The notes beneath the pieces were generated by a model that was given only the letters and a program-made list of their open reading frames with translations, was not told the origin of the DNA and ran no database searches. The position numbers were made by a program, and so were the translations under genes. Below, in pieces: positions 13,401-25,944 of a stretch of DNA of 64,000 bases. This DNA is from Chrysomallon squamiferum (Eukaryota; Animalia; Mollusca): contig CM022665.1 in assembly GCA_012295275.1 (NCBI GenBank), forward strand, positions 38,998,001-39,062,000. The letters run 5' to 3'. Each line of letters begins with the position of its first letter. The stretch's first letter is position 1.

Positions 13401-16400
13401 TCATCTTCCAATATCCTACAGGACAGATGCGTTTTCGAATTTGTAAAAGGCAAATGTACAATACATGATAAAAGTTTTATAAGATAGTGACAAACATTAA
13501 TGTTCTGAAGTATTACTCACCATCCGCTCCACATAAACAGTGATGAGTGTTTGGATCATGGTCAGGTTGTGCTAAAACAAACATAATATTAATAAATATA
13601 AAAATACATATAAAATATCATCTGATGATATCTACTGGGCAAAACTGCAAATCAATTTTTTTTTTTTCATTTTATCCTATTTTAAGAATAAGATTCCCCA
13701 TCTAAATAAAAACATTTACAATACCTTCTTAACAAAAAACAAATATAAAACAAACAGAAAATAGTTGAACTGATGCACTACAGACACTAATTAATATGGA
13801 ATCACAGCCTCTCTATTACCCTTTTACATGTAATTTGTTTATGTTTAAATTACACATTATCTACCTCTCTGTTTTCTGATGTAATCCATGATTTTGTGTT
13901 CTCCTTCCCCTGGTACATTGGCATCTGAGAGTATCACTTTAATACCAGCCCAGCCAGGATCAGTGTTGAGTCGTTCGTGAATGTAAAACCTCAGACAATC
14001 AGCCAGGTGGAACATGAAAGGGGTACCCTGTGAATACAAGTGAAGATTTGAAGTGATAGTGAATAAATGTCCAGTTGTTTTAAAAGATATTTTATTAGAA
14101 ATCAACTAATTCTTTACAACTGTTTTGGGAGGGGTTTTTGGGAGGTTTTAAATTAGTTCTTTATCACATTTCTCAGCAATTTACATAAATAAAATAAAAA
14201 TTAAATTTATAATTATAATAATTAACCACCTACAGATATAAAAACGTTATCATTTATAATGTTCCATAATAAGAATTCACATTACTGCAAAAATATTTTT
14301 AGCAGTAGTTATTTTGGGGTTTTCACAGCCATTAATGTGCTGAATTTAAAGTAATTTGTTGAGACCATTCAAAGAATAATATATTATGATATCCAATTTT
14401 TTTTTTTGTTTTAAAAGTCCTAAGTGTAGATGAACTTACTGGTGTTATGCAGTTGCTGTCAAATTTCTCTTCTTCTGGTTTAGGAGGAGGCAACTCCATT
14501 CCTTTCAGACTGAGCTCTTCCCTTAACTTGGTTATTTCTTCTCCTTTCTCACTAAAAACATTTTTAAAACATCCAGTTTTATCAACATACAAAATATAAA
14601 GTGTATTTTTGTCATTTAACCTTCTGTTTAAGCCTTGATTAGTTTATTAGCAATAAAATTAATATGAAATTTTATTTTAAACATAACAAATTAATAAAAA
14701 TAAAATTTTAAAAACAGAAACATACTAGGTCTCTTTTGAGGCTCTGAATCTTCTCGATCTCTGTTGATTCATCTTGGCTCTTGGTGCCTGAAAAAAAAAA
14801 TAGTTTCATATTTTTACCATAAAAGGTATCTTGGGAAGTGAATAAGAAAGTCTTGTCTCATTCTTTCTTTTGGTATTCAGTTTATTCAAGCATGCTTTCA
14901 AAATGTATTGAAATTCTTAAATTTAAAAAAACATTCTGTCAATACCTATAGTTATTTAAAATGCTTTGGACATTTTTGTTTCTTTTGTTACACAATACAT
15001 TTTTTAAAATGTAATCCTCAAAAATAAATTTAAAAATGTAATCAAAGCATGAAATAATGGACTTTGTGATACTCACAACACCATCAATGGCCATGTATAA
15101 AAGTTTCCTTGGTCGGACAATGGAAAAGATTCTGTCAATGTACTCAAATATCAAGAGCATCATCTCATCTTCATTCTTTGGAGGAGGTCTGGAAAAAAAT
15201 ATATAATTTATAAACTTGAAAATAATCAGTTTAATTTATTCTTGAAATCAAAATAAAGTATTTTGCTGAAGTCATTTCAAACCATACTTAGTAATGGGTT
15301 ACAGATTTGTAGATTATTAGTAAAAAAACAAAAAGTTTTTAAAAATGCTTTTGATGGGCATTTAATAACAAAGTTTAGAACAAAACTTTGAAATCAAATC
15401 TTATTTATATTTTATATTAATTACAATTTTATCATCATGTACTGAAAGTAACAGATGAAATAGACTTTTTTTTACATTTATGAATCACTTATTTTTAACC
15501 TTTATAAATGTCATTCCAGACCTTTTAGTGTAAAACAGACATTAATATTATTTATGATATTTCTTATTCATACTTGTTTTCAGGATGGCAGCATGGATGG
15601 ATAATTCCATTCATATCCAGATACAAATTGTCAAACTCAGTATCATTTGGATTGGGCTGGCTGCTGTCGACTGGTATCCTTACTCCATCAACCTCTTTTG
15701 GGCTGAAATTGAAGAAAACAAAATAATAAAAATGTACATGTATGTATGCTGCAAGAAATATGTATTATCAGGAAATATGTGTAATTCCTGAACACTTCTG
15801 AAAATATGTGTAATCACTGAACTGAAAGTAATGTTGCCAGAACTGGTGATTGTCCCAAGGAAAACACAGACATCCACAAAGCCAAGGGTCCATAGCAAGA
15901 GAAAACTGTGACATTAAAGACATTGTTTATTGGTCAGGAGATAATTTTAACCCATGGCAGAGTTCAAAGTAGCTCTTTCTTTTAAATTTTATTTTATTTT
16001 TTAATTTTTTTTTAAATATATTTCTTGGAAGCTGCCTCCATTTTGTCTCCATTTTGTCCTAAGATGATATAAACACATTTTGCGATCAGCTATCATTATT
16101 TCCATCAAATTGTATTTATTAATAGATCATGTGACCAAATGCAAGAATAACTGTTGTGATCTGAGGTTGACAATAAACACAGTTCTTTTAAACATGTATA
16201 CAAATTAAATGACCTGAGTCGTTGAGATAGATATGATAAATGACTGTACAGAATTGCATGTAAAGATTACAATTAACAAGCCATCATAAGTAGAGGTTTG
16301 ATACTCAAGAAAGTAGGCTGCAAGTAACCCTAAACAAACATAAGAATAAAAATTATGTTAAATAATTTTATTATTTATGGTAGGGGTCTGCATAGAATAT

Positions 16401-17193
16401 TTTGTTAAAGGCCCCATTTCATTAGAAACAGAATATTGATGTATACATGCAGATGTTTCATTTTATGTTTATCACACACACACAAATATATGCAGAGGTT
16501 TTTAATATTATTTTAAAACATGATACATATGCATACTGTAGTTATGAAAATCTTAAAGTTAAAATAAGCGGTTTGTTCCTTTTGACGTATTAACATTAAT
16601 TATGAAGGTAGGATAGTATGACTCATTTTATAAGCATACTTGATAGTGATACCAACTAAGTGCAGGATTTTTTTCTTCAAGATTTCTTTTTAAATGTTAT
16701 TTATCTTTTTTTTTTTTTTTTTTTTTTGATGTCAATGTGCTGTTGCTGTGTCTGTTTTTTAGTATATTATCTATATATAAATTATAACATAATAAAATTT
16801 AATGTTAATTTACTTCAAGTTTATTTACTACCTAGTTTAGTAGTTAGTAGTATTAGTAGTTAATATAATGAAAAAGAAAATGATTTTAACTTTAAGGTAA
16901 TATATTCCGTTTGGTTTTTTTAATATTTTGCCATTATTCAGTCGTACTTCGAAAATGTATCAGCTGAAATAACTGCGTCACACCCGATTCATAATCATGC
17001 TTTCAGAATTCATCTCAGGGAGAAAAATCAAAATGAAAATCGGTTTAACTTTAATTTTAAAAAAATATCCAAATGTAATAATCAAGTTATAAATTCAAAA
17101 CTATCTGTTTGATATTACCTTTTCCTCAACACTATGTACCACAATCGATGCATATTTGCGACTTAACCATCTGAAAAAGGCTGGAACACCCAT
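1436..17193 (-). CDS. XRN2: 5'-3' exoribonuclease 2 (XRN2/Rat1), spliced; 3' end not resolved
   Basis: Starts [14 protein letters not shown] (ATG 17193). Motifs read directly: [88 protein letters not shown] knuckle [71 protein letters not shown]-rich tail. Exons: 17119-17193, 15574-15702, 15077-15188, 14726-14787, 14440-14551, 13865-14027, 13521-13571, 13066-13083, 12754-12843, 12162-12211, 11881-12006, 11385-11464, 10891-10948, 10530-10587, 10115-10164, 9835-9882, 9407-9460, 7969-8165, 7273-7357, 6650-6700, 5444-5551, 4955-5044, 4557-4629, 4109-4192, 3626-3726, 3299-3378, 2953-3009, 2484-2552, 1990-2193, 1436-1524. All introns are GT-AG and phases match except exon 1/2 (see findings). No stop codon was identified. 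Confidence 0.97.
5614..6450. mobile_element. Non-autonomous DNA transposon/MITE with CAGGG termini (hAT-like) in an XRN2 intron
   Basis: Perfect 14-bp terminal inverted repeats CAGGGCTAAAAATT (5614-5627) and AATTTTTAGCCCTG (6437-6450), with subterminal similarity (aatcctctgattct vs aatctctgaatct). No ORF and no clear 8-bp TSD. Confidence 0.6.
10593..10681. repeat. Tandem duplication, ~45 bp x2, next to an XRN2 acceptor site
   Basis: aggaaaaaaac(a/c)aatac(t/a)ggtttaaacatagataattagtttta occurs twice in tandem. Confidence 0.8.
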
Positions 17194-17577
17194 TGTTAAA
17201 ACTCATACAGATTTTACGTGAACAAGTTCGAAGATTTTCAACATGGCCAGCATGAGAACTGATATACCAGAAGCGCTTCACCCATTGGCCAGTTATATTT
17301 AGTTAACCAATAGTCGCATGTTTCACAAAAACAGATGGCACGTCTTTCATGTCTAAAAAGTAGCATTTATAAATGGAAAACACGTTTTAATTATTATTAG
17401 TATTTTATATCATTAATAATGACAGAGACCATTCATATGTATATAACTATAGTATAAGAAATCCAAAAAAGAAGGTCAACTATTTTACGAAAAAGATAAA
17501 GAGTATTCTTTAAATCGATATTCACTGGTCGGAAAATTGAATGGAATTAAATTTATGTAAACAAATAACTAATCAAA
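17194..17577. promoter_or_regulatory. Putative bidirectional promoter between XRN2 and the HEAT-repeat gene
   Basis: Divergent ATGs at 17193 (-) and 17578 (+). Oppositely oriented CCAAT boxes (ATTGG 17284-17288, CCAAT 17307-17311) and a YY1-like CAACATGGC at ~17239-17247. Confidence 0.7.
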
Positions 17578-20500
17578 ATGTCTGCGCCCATGTTGTCTCA
17601 ACTTTGTAGCGCTGTAAAACTTGAGCGTGACAAAGGTCTTCAGGAACTTGAAAAGTATCTTGACTGCGAAAATTCTGACAACATTTCAGATTTTTTAAAA
17701 GAACTGCTAGTGTTGTTATCGGATGATAACGCTTCGTGGGAAATCAAACATGGGTCATTGATGGCTGCCAAAGCTATATTCGAACACAAAACATTCAAGT
17801 CATCAGAAAATATAAGAACATTTGCAGAAACATTGAAAGAGAAAGCATTGCATCTGCTTAATGATCCGGAGTACAGAGTTAGATCTACAGCAGGTATACT
17901 AATAATAATGCTCCTTACAGTTGCCCTGATTAGCACGTTAATTTTTATTTTTGTATTTGTTTTGAGTCAGACAGTTCAAGATAATTTGATAAGCCGGCGT
18001 CATAAAGACATTTAAATATATTTTAAAAAAAGAAGAAGATGTGTCTGTTAAATGTATTGTATTGTTAAACTTTGCAGGGGAGGTGATGGGTGCACTCTGC
18101 AAAATCCTTGGCTCAAAGGTGTACAGTGAATCAAAGACAGAAATCCTGGAAGGAATTCGTTCAAATCTTGAAAGACAACCTGGGCACGAAGAAGCTGAAA
18201 AGTTACTGGAAAAATTGTGTGCTGAGTCACCTGTAGCAGGAGAAAAACTGGCTCGAGTAAGTACTGTACAAAATTCATGTGATGCTTTGTACTGAAAAAA
18301 TTATTTCAAATGAAGACTCTAACACAGGATCTATTGCTTTCATAAAATATTTTATCAAAGTCTGTGGTGTAATCTTGATCCATTTAATACTAGTTTACTT
18401 AAGCTCTAATCAATTTTAGTTCAACAAGTTCAAAAAAAAAAAGCATTATTAGCATAGTTGCAGCAATATTTATGTCGTTTTCAAAAGTGTTGAATAAATG
18501 TGTAGTACTATGCGTATATAATTTATAAATATTGTTTATTTGTTTTCAGAGAAGCAGTATTGATGCTACTCAAATATTTCATGACACAGCAGGTTGGAAA
18601 TCACTGGAAACATGGATGAAGTCAGTGTTCATTTTTTTATTAAACAATTAGAATTGTATTGAAATGGAAGATTTCAGTGCTGTATATAAAACTGAAAGAA
18701 AACAATAATTAAAGAAGCTATTTATAAATAATATCAATAACAACATTTTCATAGTCTACTTAATATTTTAATATTTGGTTATTACCAAGATGTACTAAAA
18801 TATTTTTTTTTTTTTTTTATTTTTTTTATAATGATTTAATTCATTTTTATTTTTATTTTAAAATTAAAAATAAAAAAACCTTTTATTTTTATTCTTATTA
18901 ATATGTTGTTCCGTTTCATCCACACATACATACATACATATATATAATTTTTTACCTTCATGTAGATGTCTTCAGAACATGATTGAAGGGTGCAGCTACA
19001 GTTTTAATGAATTTGTTGATCAGGAATTATTAAATCTGATCTTCTCTGCACTTGACCACACCAATCGTTTTGTTAGAGAAACTGGGTATTATGTGTGTTC
19101 CTCACTGGTGGGATGTGGACTCAAAGAAACAAGTATATTGTTTTCTTTACCTTTTCATACCGATTTTTCATTCACCACCATAAATATACAATAAAATTTT
19201 ATTTAAAATATTTGATAATGTTTCACCATTAAAAAAAATTTGTTTTAATATCTGAAACCAGAATATGATGTTATTTACATTTGTTCCAATTTAAAATTGT
19301 TCTGGTTTATTATTACAGTTTCAATAGGTGTGCATTAAATATTTTTTAACCTCTACTAATTTATTTTGTCAGGGTGCTATTTTCTTGTTTAGTTAAATAT
19401 CTGGTGGTTTAAGTATATGTTTTTTTTTCATGTTCACTTTTTAAGAATTATTCAAGATACTATTTTCTTGTATACTGAAATATCTGGTGGTTTAAGTATA
19501 TATTTTTTTTCATATTCACTTTTTAAGAATTATTATTATTTTTCTATTTAAAGCTGGTCCTTCAGAAGGAGCAGCACTGGCAGAAGAAAATGCAATTTAT
19601 CGCCATGGTGATCAGTTTGCAAAGTACCTTGGAAAAGGTGTGTCAGACAATTGGAGTCAGGTGAATACTTCTTCCATAATGGTATAAAATGTATGTTGTT
19701 AATACACAGTCTTTAATTACAATTTGTAATTTTTGAGAGGTTTATTTAATAATGGTTTATTTTTTTTATTTTTTTTATTTATACATACAGTAATTTAATA
19801 TTTGGGTAGATTATTTAAATTTTACTTTAGGTTTAATCATAAGAATATTTAAGGTGTTTTTTAATTCTTTTTTAACTAGAATTAAAAATGTTTAATAAAA
19901 AAATCTGCTTTCAGTTGATTTATTCTTCATAGGGGTTATAAAATTATACCTTTATATTTTCTAATTATTATCTATTTCTGTCTAAGGATCAAAATTAACA
20001 AAATAAAAATTTCTTGTCTTTAAATATGTCAGTGTGTGTAAGAATATAATTTTTCTTTATTCATTTTTTAAGGTTCGTTTAGCAGCTTCTGTTGCAGCAC
20101 GTCGATTTTTGATGAGTCTACCTTCAGAGACAGCAAGGGAAAAATTTTACCCTGTACTTTTACCAAGACTGTGTCTCAACAGGTATCTGCAGTGTAACAA
20201 AATCATTAATAAATTTTCAGTCAGAAAGTAATATATAAATGGATAGTTAAGTGCTTAAGGTAGTTCAACTGAATTTGATTGCAAAATAAACTTTTTAACA
20301 TCTGAATTAATTGGTGGATAAATTCTTAACCATCACAAGAGTTAATATAATCTTTGATTAGGAGATGATAAAAAATTATGATAATAATCAAATATATATT
20401 TTTTTTGTTAATTTAGGTCCACTTGTAACATGCCCTTTTTATGACATTCACAGTAACTTGAACATTTATGATTTTATTTATCCATTTTAATTTTTGGATA

Positions 20501-23500
20501 TAGTGGTGGTGGTGTTTTTTTGCCTCAGAATATTCAATAGGAATATGTGTACTGACACAAGTTTGATGATGCTTGCTTATTGGCATTTGGTTTAACAGCT
20601 GATGCCATAAATATTGCTGTAGGATTTAAATACTGAGTTAAAAACATTACTCATTTATTTTTCTATTTTATTTTATTTTTTGCCAGAATATGTTTATTCT
20701 TTATTTTATTTTATTTTATTTTTAATTTATTTATTATTTATTTTTTATTTTTTATTTTATTTGTTGTTACAAGTTATGTTGTGTTAAGTTCATTTTTAAT
20801 ATTTATTCAGGTATTATGTAGCAGAAGGTGTGAGAATTTTCTCCCAGGAGACCTGGAGGCTATTAACTCAAGGATCTGGTAAACAGCTGGTTGAGAAATA
20901 CATGCCATATGTGGTATGTTTGTAGTTTAATATGGCTGAAATGATCAATAAATTATCTCAGCATCTATCCAAAATATGTACATGAATTTAATAAATGAAT
21001 TATTTTGTGGCTTTTTATTTTTGTTATTTTTTATTTATTTTTTTTAGTTTTGACTAGTTTCTGCTAATATGAAATCTTGATTAATTATAATAAATGTAAA
21101 ATTTTAAAAAGTAAAATCAGATATCATTTACATTATTGTCATTTTATTACCAGTAATCAGAACTTGTGTTAGTTACATAAAAGCAAACAAATAGTTACCC
21201 TTTCTGGCTAAAACATAAACAAAAAATTTCAGGTGAATTTAATCATGGCCCAAATAAATTTTTCTTGTTTTCCAATCAGTTATTGAGTCATTGTTTATTT
21301 ATTGTTTTTGTTCTTGGTGTTGTTTTTAATGTTACTGGTATTATTGTAGTAGCAGTAGGACCTGTTTTATCATTATTATTATTATTATTATTTATCAGGT
21401 TGATCATTACATAGAGCAAACAGAGGCTGATAATCATGCAGTCAGAGAGGCTGCCTGTGCTTGTATTGCAGAACTTGGTTCCAAGGTTAGTTGAGAATTA
21501 TCATTAAAAATCAACAAGTGTAGTTCACTTGGGGACCAGTTCCATTTTAGACTGTGCCTGATACCTTTTTTTTTTTAATCAAAAGCTAGGTGCTTTCATG
21601 TCCATCCAGAATTGTGTTATAAAATCCTTTGTTTCTAATCAGTAACAATAGCTGTGAAGAAATTAAAGTTTAATGACAGACCAACACAAATAAAATATCA
21701 GTTTTTTAGTGGTCAAAGAATGATAAATAATCCCCACAAAAAAAATCCAGAATGTATTTTTTTTTACTAGATTTATACTAAAAGAATATGTTCTGGATTT
21801 TTTTTATTATTATCTTCTAACCTCTTATTACTGGTTTATTTTTATAGGTTAACAAAGATTCAGTTTCCCCATTTATTACAAGACTTTTGGATGCTCTACT
21901 GGTTTGTTTTAATGATGATAGCTGGCCAGTTAGAGATGGTGAGCAAGATTTTTAAACATATATATATATATATATATATATAATTGTTGTAGCATAGAGA
22001 AAAATAACTGTCAAACAAACATCTATTTATGGATTTTGTTTTTGGTGTCTTGTTGCATTACTTATCTTGTAAGTGAAAAAGCATTTTTAAAACAAAAAAT
22101 TAATTTGGTATTATTTTAGTACTAATTGGTATGACTCCATCTCTGTTTTTTGTTGTTTTTCAGCTGCTTGTGTTGCTTGTGGAAACTTTATTCAGTGTTT
22201 TCCCGAAGAATCTAGGTTAGTAATTTTTTAATTATAATTATTTATTTTATTTTTATTTATTAAATGTTATGCATTTCTGTTCCATTAATATTACCTTAAT
22301 ATTTCCTGAAGAATCTAGGTTAGTAATTTTTAAATTATAATTATTTATTTTATTTTTATTTATTTATTATTTTTAAATATTAAATGTTATGTATTTCTGT
22401 TTCATTAATACTGCCTTAATATTTACATAAATATTTTGCTTATTTTCACCTTGCATTAATCCTTACTGAATTAAAATGACAGCATGGTTTCTGTTTTTTT
22501 TTTTTTTTTTTTTTTCAAATCAAATAAAATAAAAAATGTAATGTTCTAAATTAGACATTTGAAAACAGGTAAATGGATATGAACAAAATGTGTGAATGAG
22601 GTCTGAAGTGAACTGACTGTTTTATTTTATTTTTGTTCAGGAGTTCGATGCCTTCTCTGTACCCTCTCTTCTACAGTAACCTGCAGGATAACATTCCTTC
22701 AGTGAGACAGGGAGCAGCACTTGCACTTTCTCGAGTGGTCACAGCATATGGTAAAAAATTAATTAGTTTTCCTTTAGATTATGAATAATACTTGTTAAAT
22801 TGTGCACTGACAACAGTGTGAAAACATGAACAAATACTAGTAATAAATCATTAGGAAATGAAATTTTTCTGTGTATCTTTTCTATTATTATTTTTTATAA
22901 TTTATATTATGACATTACTAATATATAGCAAAGAAAGAAAAATGTCTTCATGAATTACCAGTCATTTATTAGATTAAGTTACTTTATTTTCTTTTTAATT
23001 TTTTAATGTTATTTTTTATTATTTTTTTATTTTTTTTTTTTTGAAGAAAGAAAAATGGCCCTCCTCATGAATGAACAATGATTTATTATATTACTTAGCA
23101 ATGTTATTATTTTTATTTTTGAAATTTAATTTTTAATTTCTTAATTTTTTTTTTTGAAATTTTAAAATATTTTTTTTAATTTTTTAATTTAATTTAATTT
23201 AATTTTTTTTTTTAAAGGAGAAGAAAGCCATGAGCATATTTTCCCCAAGCTGCTGGAAGGGTTTGCTGGAGTAGAGAATCAGTCAGCAAGCAGTGAGAAG
23301 TACTCCAACCTGGAAAAAGGACCAGCAACATACGGAGTTGTTAAACGACTCAGAGATAATGACATGGAACTCCATACAAATCAAACAGTAAATATCATCA
23401 TTTATTTTTATTTTTTATTATATATACTTCATTAATGCACCTGCAAAAGGGCAGAATGAATTACTTATGATATATAGGTATGTAAATAGGTCCAATATTT

Positions 23501-25944
23501 TGAGAGATAGGTTTTTAAGCAGGTGTAAAATTGAATACATCATTATAGAAGATAAATTAATGTTAATATTTAATTTTGTATCCGTATTAAGTAATTTTTG
23601 AAAAAATTATAAATATTTTTACAAATGACATTTTCATAAAATCAGAAATAAAAAAAATTGTACAAAAACTGAAAAAGTGGAAAACAATGAACTGAAAATA
23701 AAAAATATTTTACTTTATTTCCCTGAAACAGAACATTTTCTTTAAAATTAGTTGAAGTTTGAATAAACAAAATAAAATTTAACAAAGACAGGATATTTAA
23801 ATGGTGAAGGGAGATATTTTCAGTATGCACACTATTTTCAGATGTACTCTTGTGGCTCACTGGCTCCAAAAATGAGTCGAGGGTGCAGAGGTGGGGGATG
23901 TATGGATCACAAATTTCGCAAGCCACCTGAACCATGGGAATTAGCTGACGGGTAAGATTTTTGTTGTAAGATGTCTGTCATGTGCTTTCATTTATAAATT
24001 TATGGAAAATTTAAAAATAGTTTTAAATGTAGTTTAGAATGAAGCTGCTGAATGTACCAGTAAAATGTATTGATTAAGAATTGGAAAGTAATATTTTTAA
24101 ATTTATTTATAAATAGATCTAATGGGAGTGGTAACAGTATTATCAGTGGTAAACAATAGTATTAGCAGTAGCAGTAGTAGTACTAGTACCAGTAGCAAAA
24201 GTTGTAGTAGTAGTAGAAATGGAAATAGTAGACACAGAAGCTGTAGCAGTTTTTCATCATTTATGCAGTGTATTAAATTTTACATTTCTATTCCATTGTA
24301 ATCTATCCTAATCTATCAAAGATAATTATATCTTTTATTTTCAGATGTATTCACTTGACTGCTGAACTATCACACAATAAGACACTGACTACCAAAATAA
24401 GTCAGATTCTGCCACAGATGGCCAGGGCTTGCACCTACAAACATTACACACAACACATCTATCTTCTTGAATCAATGTGTAAACAGGTAACAGTATTAGC
24501 ATGTGGTTTTATACAGTTATTTCACAGTCAAACACTTTTTTAATTATCCTTTCAGTTACAAATCTCTTTAGGTATTTGATTATTTCTTCTTCTTTTTTTT
24601 AAACCTGTTTTTGTTAAGACTTAAAATCTGTGAGTTACAATCATGCATCACTGGAGTTCTTTAAAAAAGGTTTTCAAAATTCATACTGATTTTTAAAAAA
24701 AAAAAAAAATAATGTATGTATGTAATTGTAATAAGTAAAGTAGTATATTTGGCATTTGTTTATTTTGGCCAAACAGACACATACTTTAAATTTCGTTCAA
24801 AATGTTTATATAACTGATACAATTTAAGAACAAACCCAATATTCTAAAAAAAATAATATATATAGGACACAGTTTATAAAGTTATGAGAGTCTAAAAATC
24901 TCTATAAATACAGACTCAAGTTTCTGAATTAAGTGTATTTTGTATTTCTGTGTTTTTCAGCTGGTGAATATTGCTAAGGGTTTGGGAAAACGGCCATTTA
25001 AAACACACTTGGAGCTCTTCCTGGATCCTCTGTTTTATAGCCAGGTATTACTGTTATTGTAGTAGGAAAATTTTAAATAATGTTTTAAAGAACTTAAAGA
25101 ACTGTCCTGTGAAAACGATTGTAATGTTTAATTTTGATTCATTTACTTTTTATTTTTATTTTAAATTACTAGATTGTTTGTTTTGTTTTAAAAAAAAAAA
25201 ATGTTTTGTGTAAATTAAAGATAAGGATATTTATATATTATAGTCTTTTAGTCGTTTTTTATTAATTATTATTTTTCATAATTTTTCTTCTTTTTTTAAT
25301 TTTTTTTTAATTATTATTATTATTATTGCTTTTTTCTTTTTTTTTTTTTTAATTTTTCAGTTTGAATCTGCCCAAATAATAGATTTAATTATTTATCTAA
25401 GTGTATAATTGGTTAATTAAATGATTTTATTTCCAGTCATGCGACAATGTGCTGACATCAACTGCAGCTACAAACTGCATTATTGAGCTCAGTAGTTTTC
25501 TTGGACCAGGAATTTTCCGTGGTCGAGTTGAACAGTTTAATCCCAAGTAAGCATTTTTTCAAACTTTTATTGCCTGAGAGATGCAAAAATATTTTTGTCA
25601 TTATTTCACAGCTCTGTAAGCTTGTATATAAATTAAAGTATGTGAATGGGTATATTTGCTTCATTAGTATAAAAGTCTTCCATTTTCTTTTCTTTTTTAA
25701 TGTATTGATATTTTATTTATTTTTTCATTGTTGTTGATTAGGTGATTTTTTTTAATTTTAAATTAATTTAAATGTCATGTATGTAGATAAGACAACCAGA
25801 ATGATTTATTAATCTGTTTTAATATCTATGTAGATTGATTTTTTTTAACATCTTAATTATAACGTATAACAATTTGTTAATTTATTTATTTATTTCAGAT
25901 ATCTAACCCAGCTGGACAGCTTGCCACTACCCCCACCTATGTAA
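17578..25944 (+). CDS. Uncharacterised HEAT/ARM-repeat protein, ~684 aa, 17 coding exons
   Basis: Phase-consistent GT-AG exons: 17578-17893, 18078-18256, 18550-18620, 18966-19132, 19554-19660, 20073-20182, 20811-20913, 21399-21485, 21848-21938, 22164-22215, 22641-22750, 23218-23387, 23842-23951, 24345-24486, 24961-25044, 25437-25546, 25899-25944 (TAA); total 2055 nt. HEAT-type D-x-x-x-x-V-R units: DPEYRVR, HTNRFVRE, DNWSQVR, ADNHAVRE, DDSWPVRD, DNIPSVRQ. Confidence 0.9.
19375..19533. repeat. Intronic tandem duplication, ~83 bp x2
   Basis: ctattttcttg...aaatatctggtggtttaagtatat...tcactttttaagaattatt is present twice. Confidence 0.8.
22199..22421 (+). repeat. Tandem duplication of the 3' end of HEAT-gene exon 10 plus its donor site
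   Basis: tttcc(c/t)gaagaatctag|gttagtaatttttaaattataatt...ccttaata at 22199-22301 and again at 22302-22421. Confidence 0.9.

Noticed and set aside
17640-17936. 98-aa antisense ORF (also 18048-18278, 23642-23935, 53832-54050, 54688-54918)
   Set aside because: Shadow ORFs opposite genuine exons, with no independent motifs or splice logic.
20560-20650. TGATGA...CTGA suggesting a C/D snoRNA
   Set aside because: The boxes are only ~35 nt apart with no terminal stem. It looks more like a decayed SINE tail.
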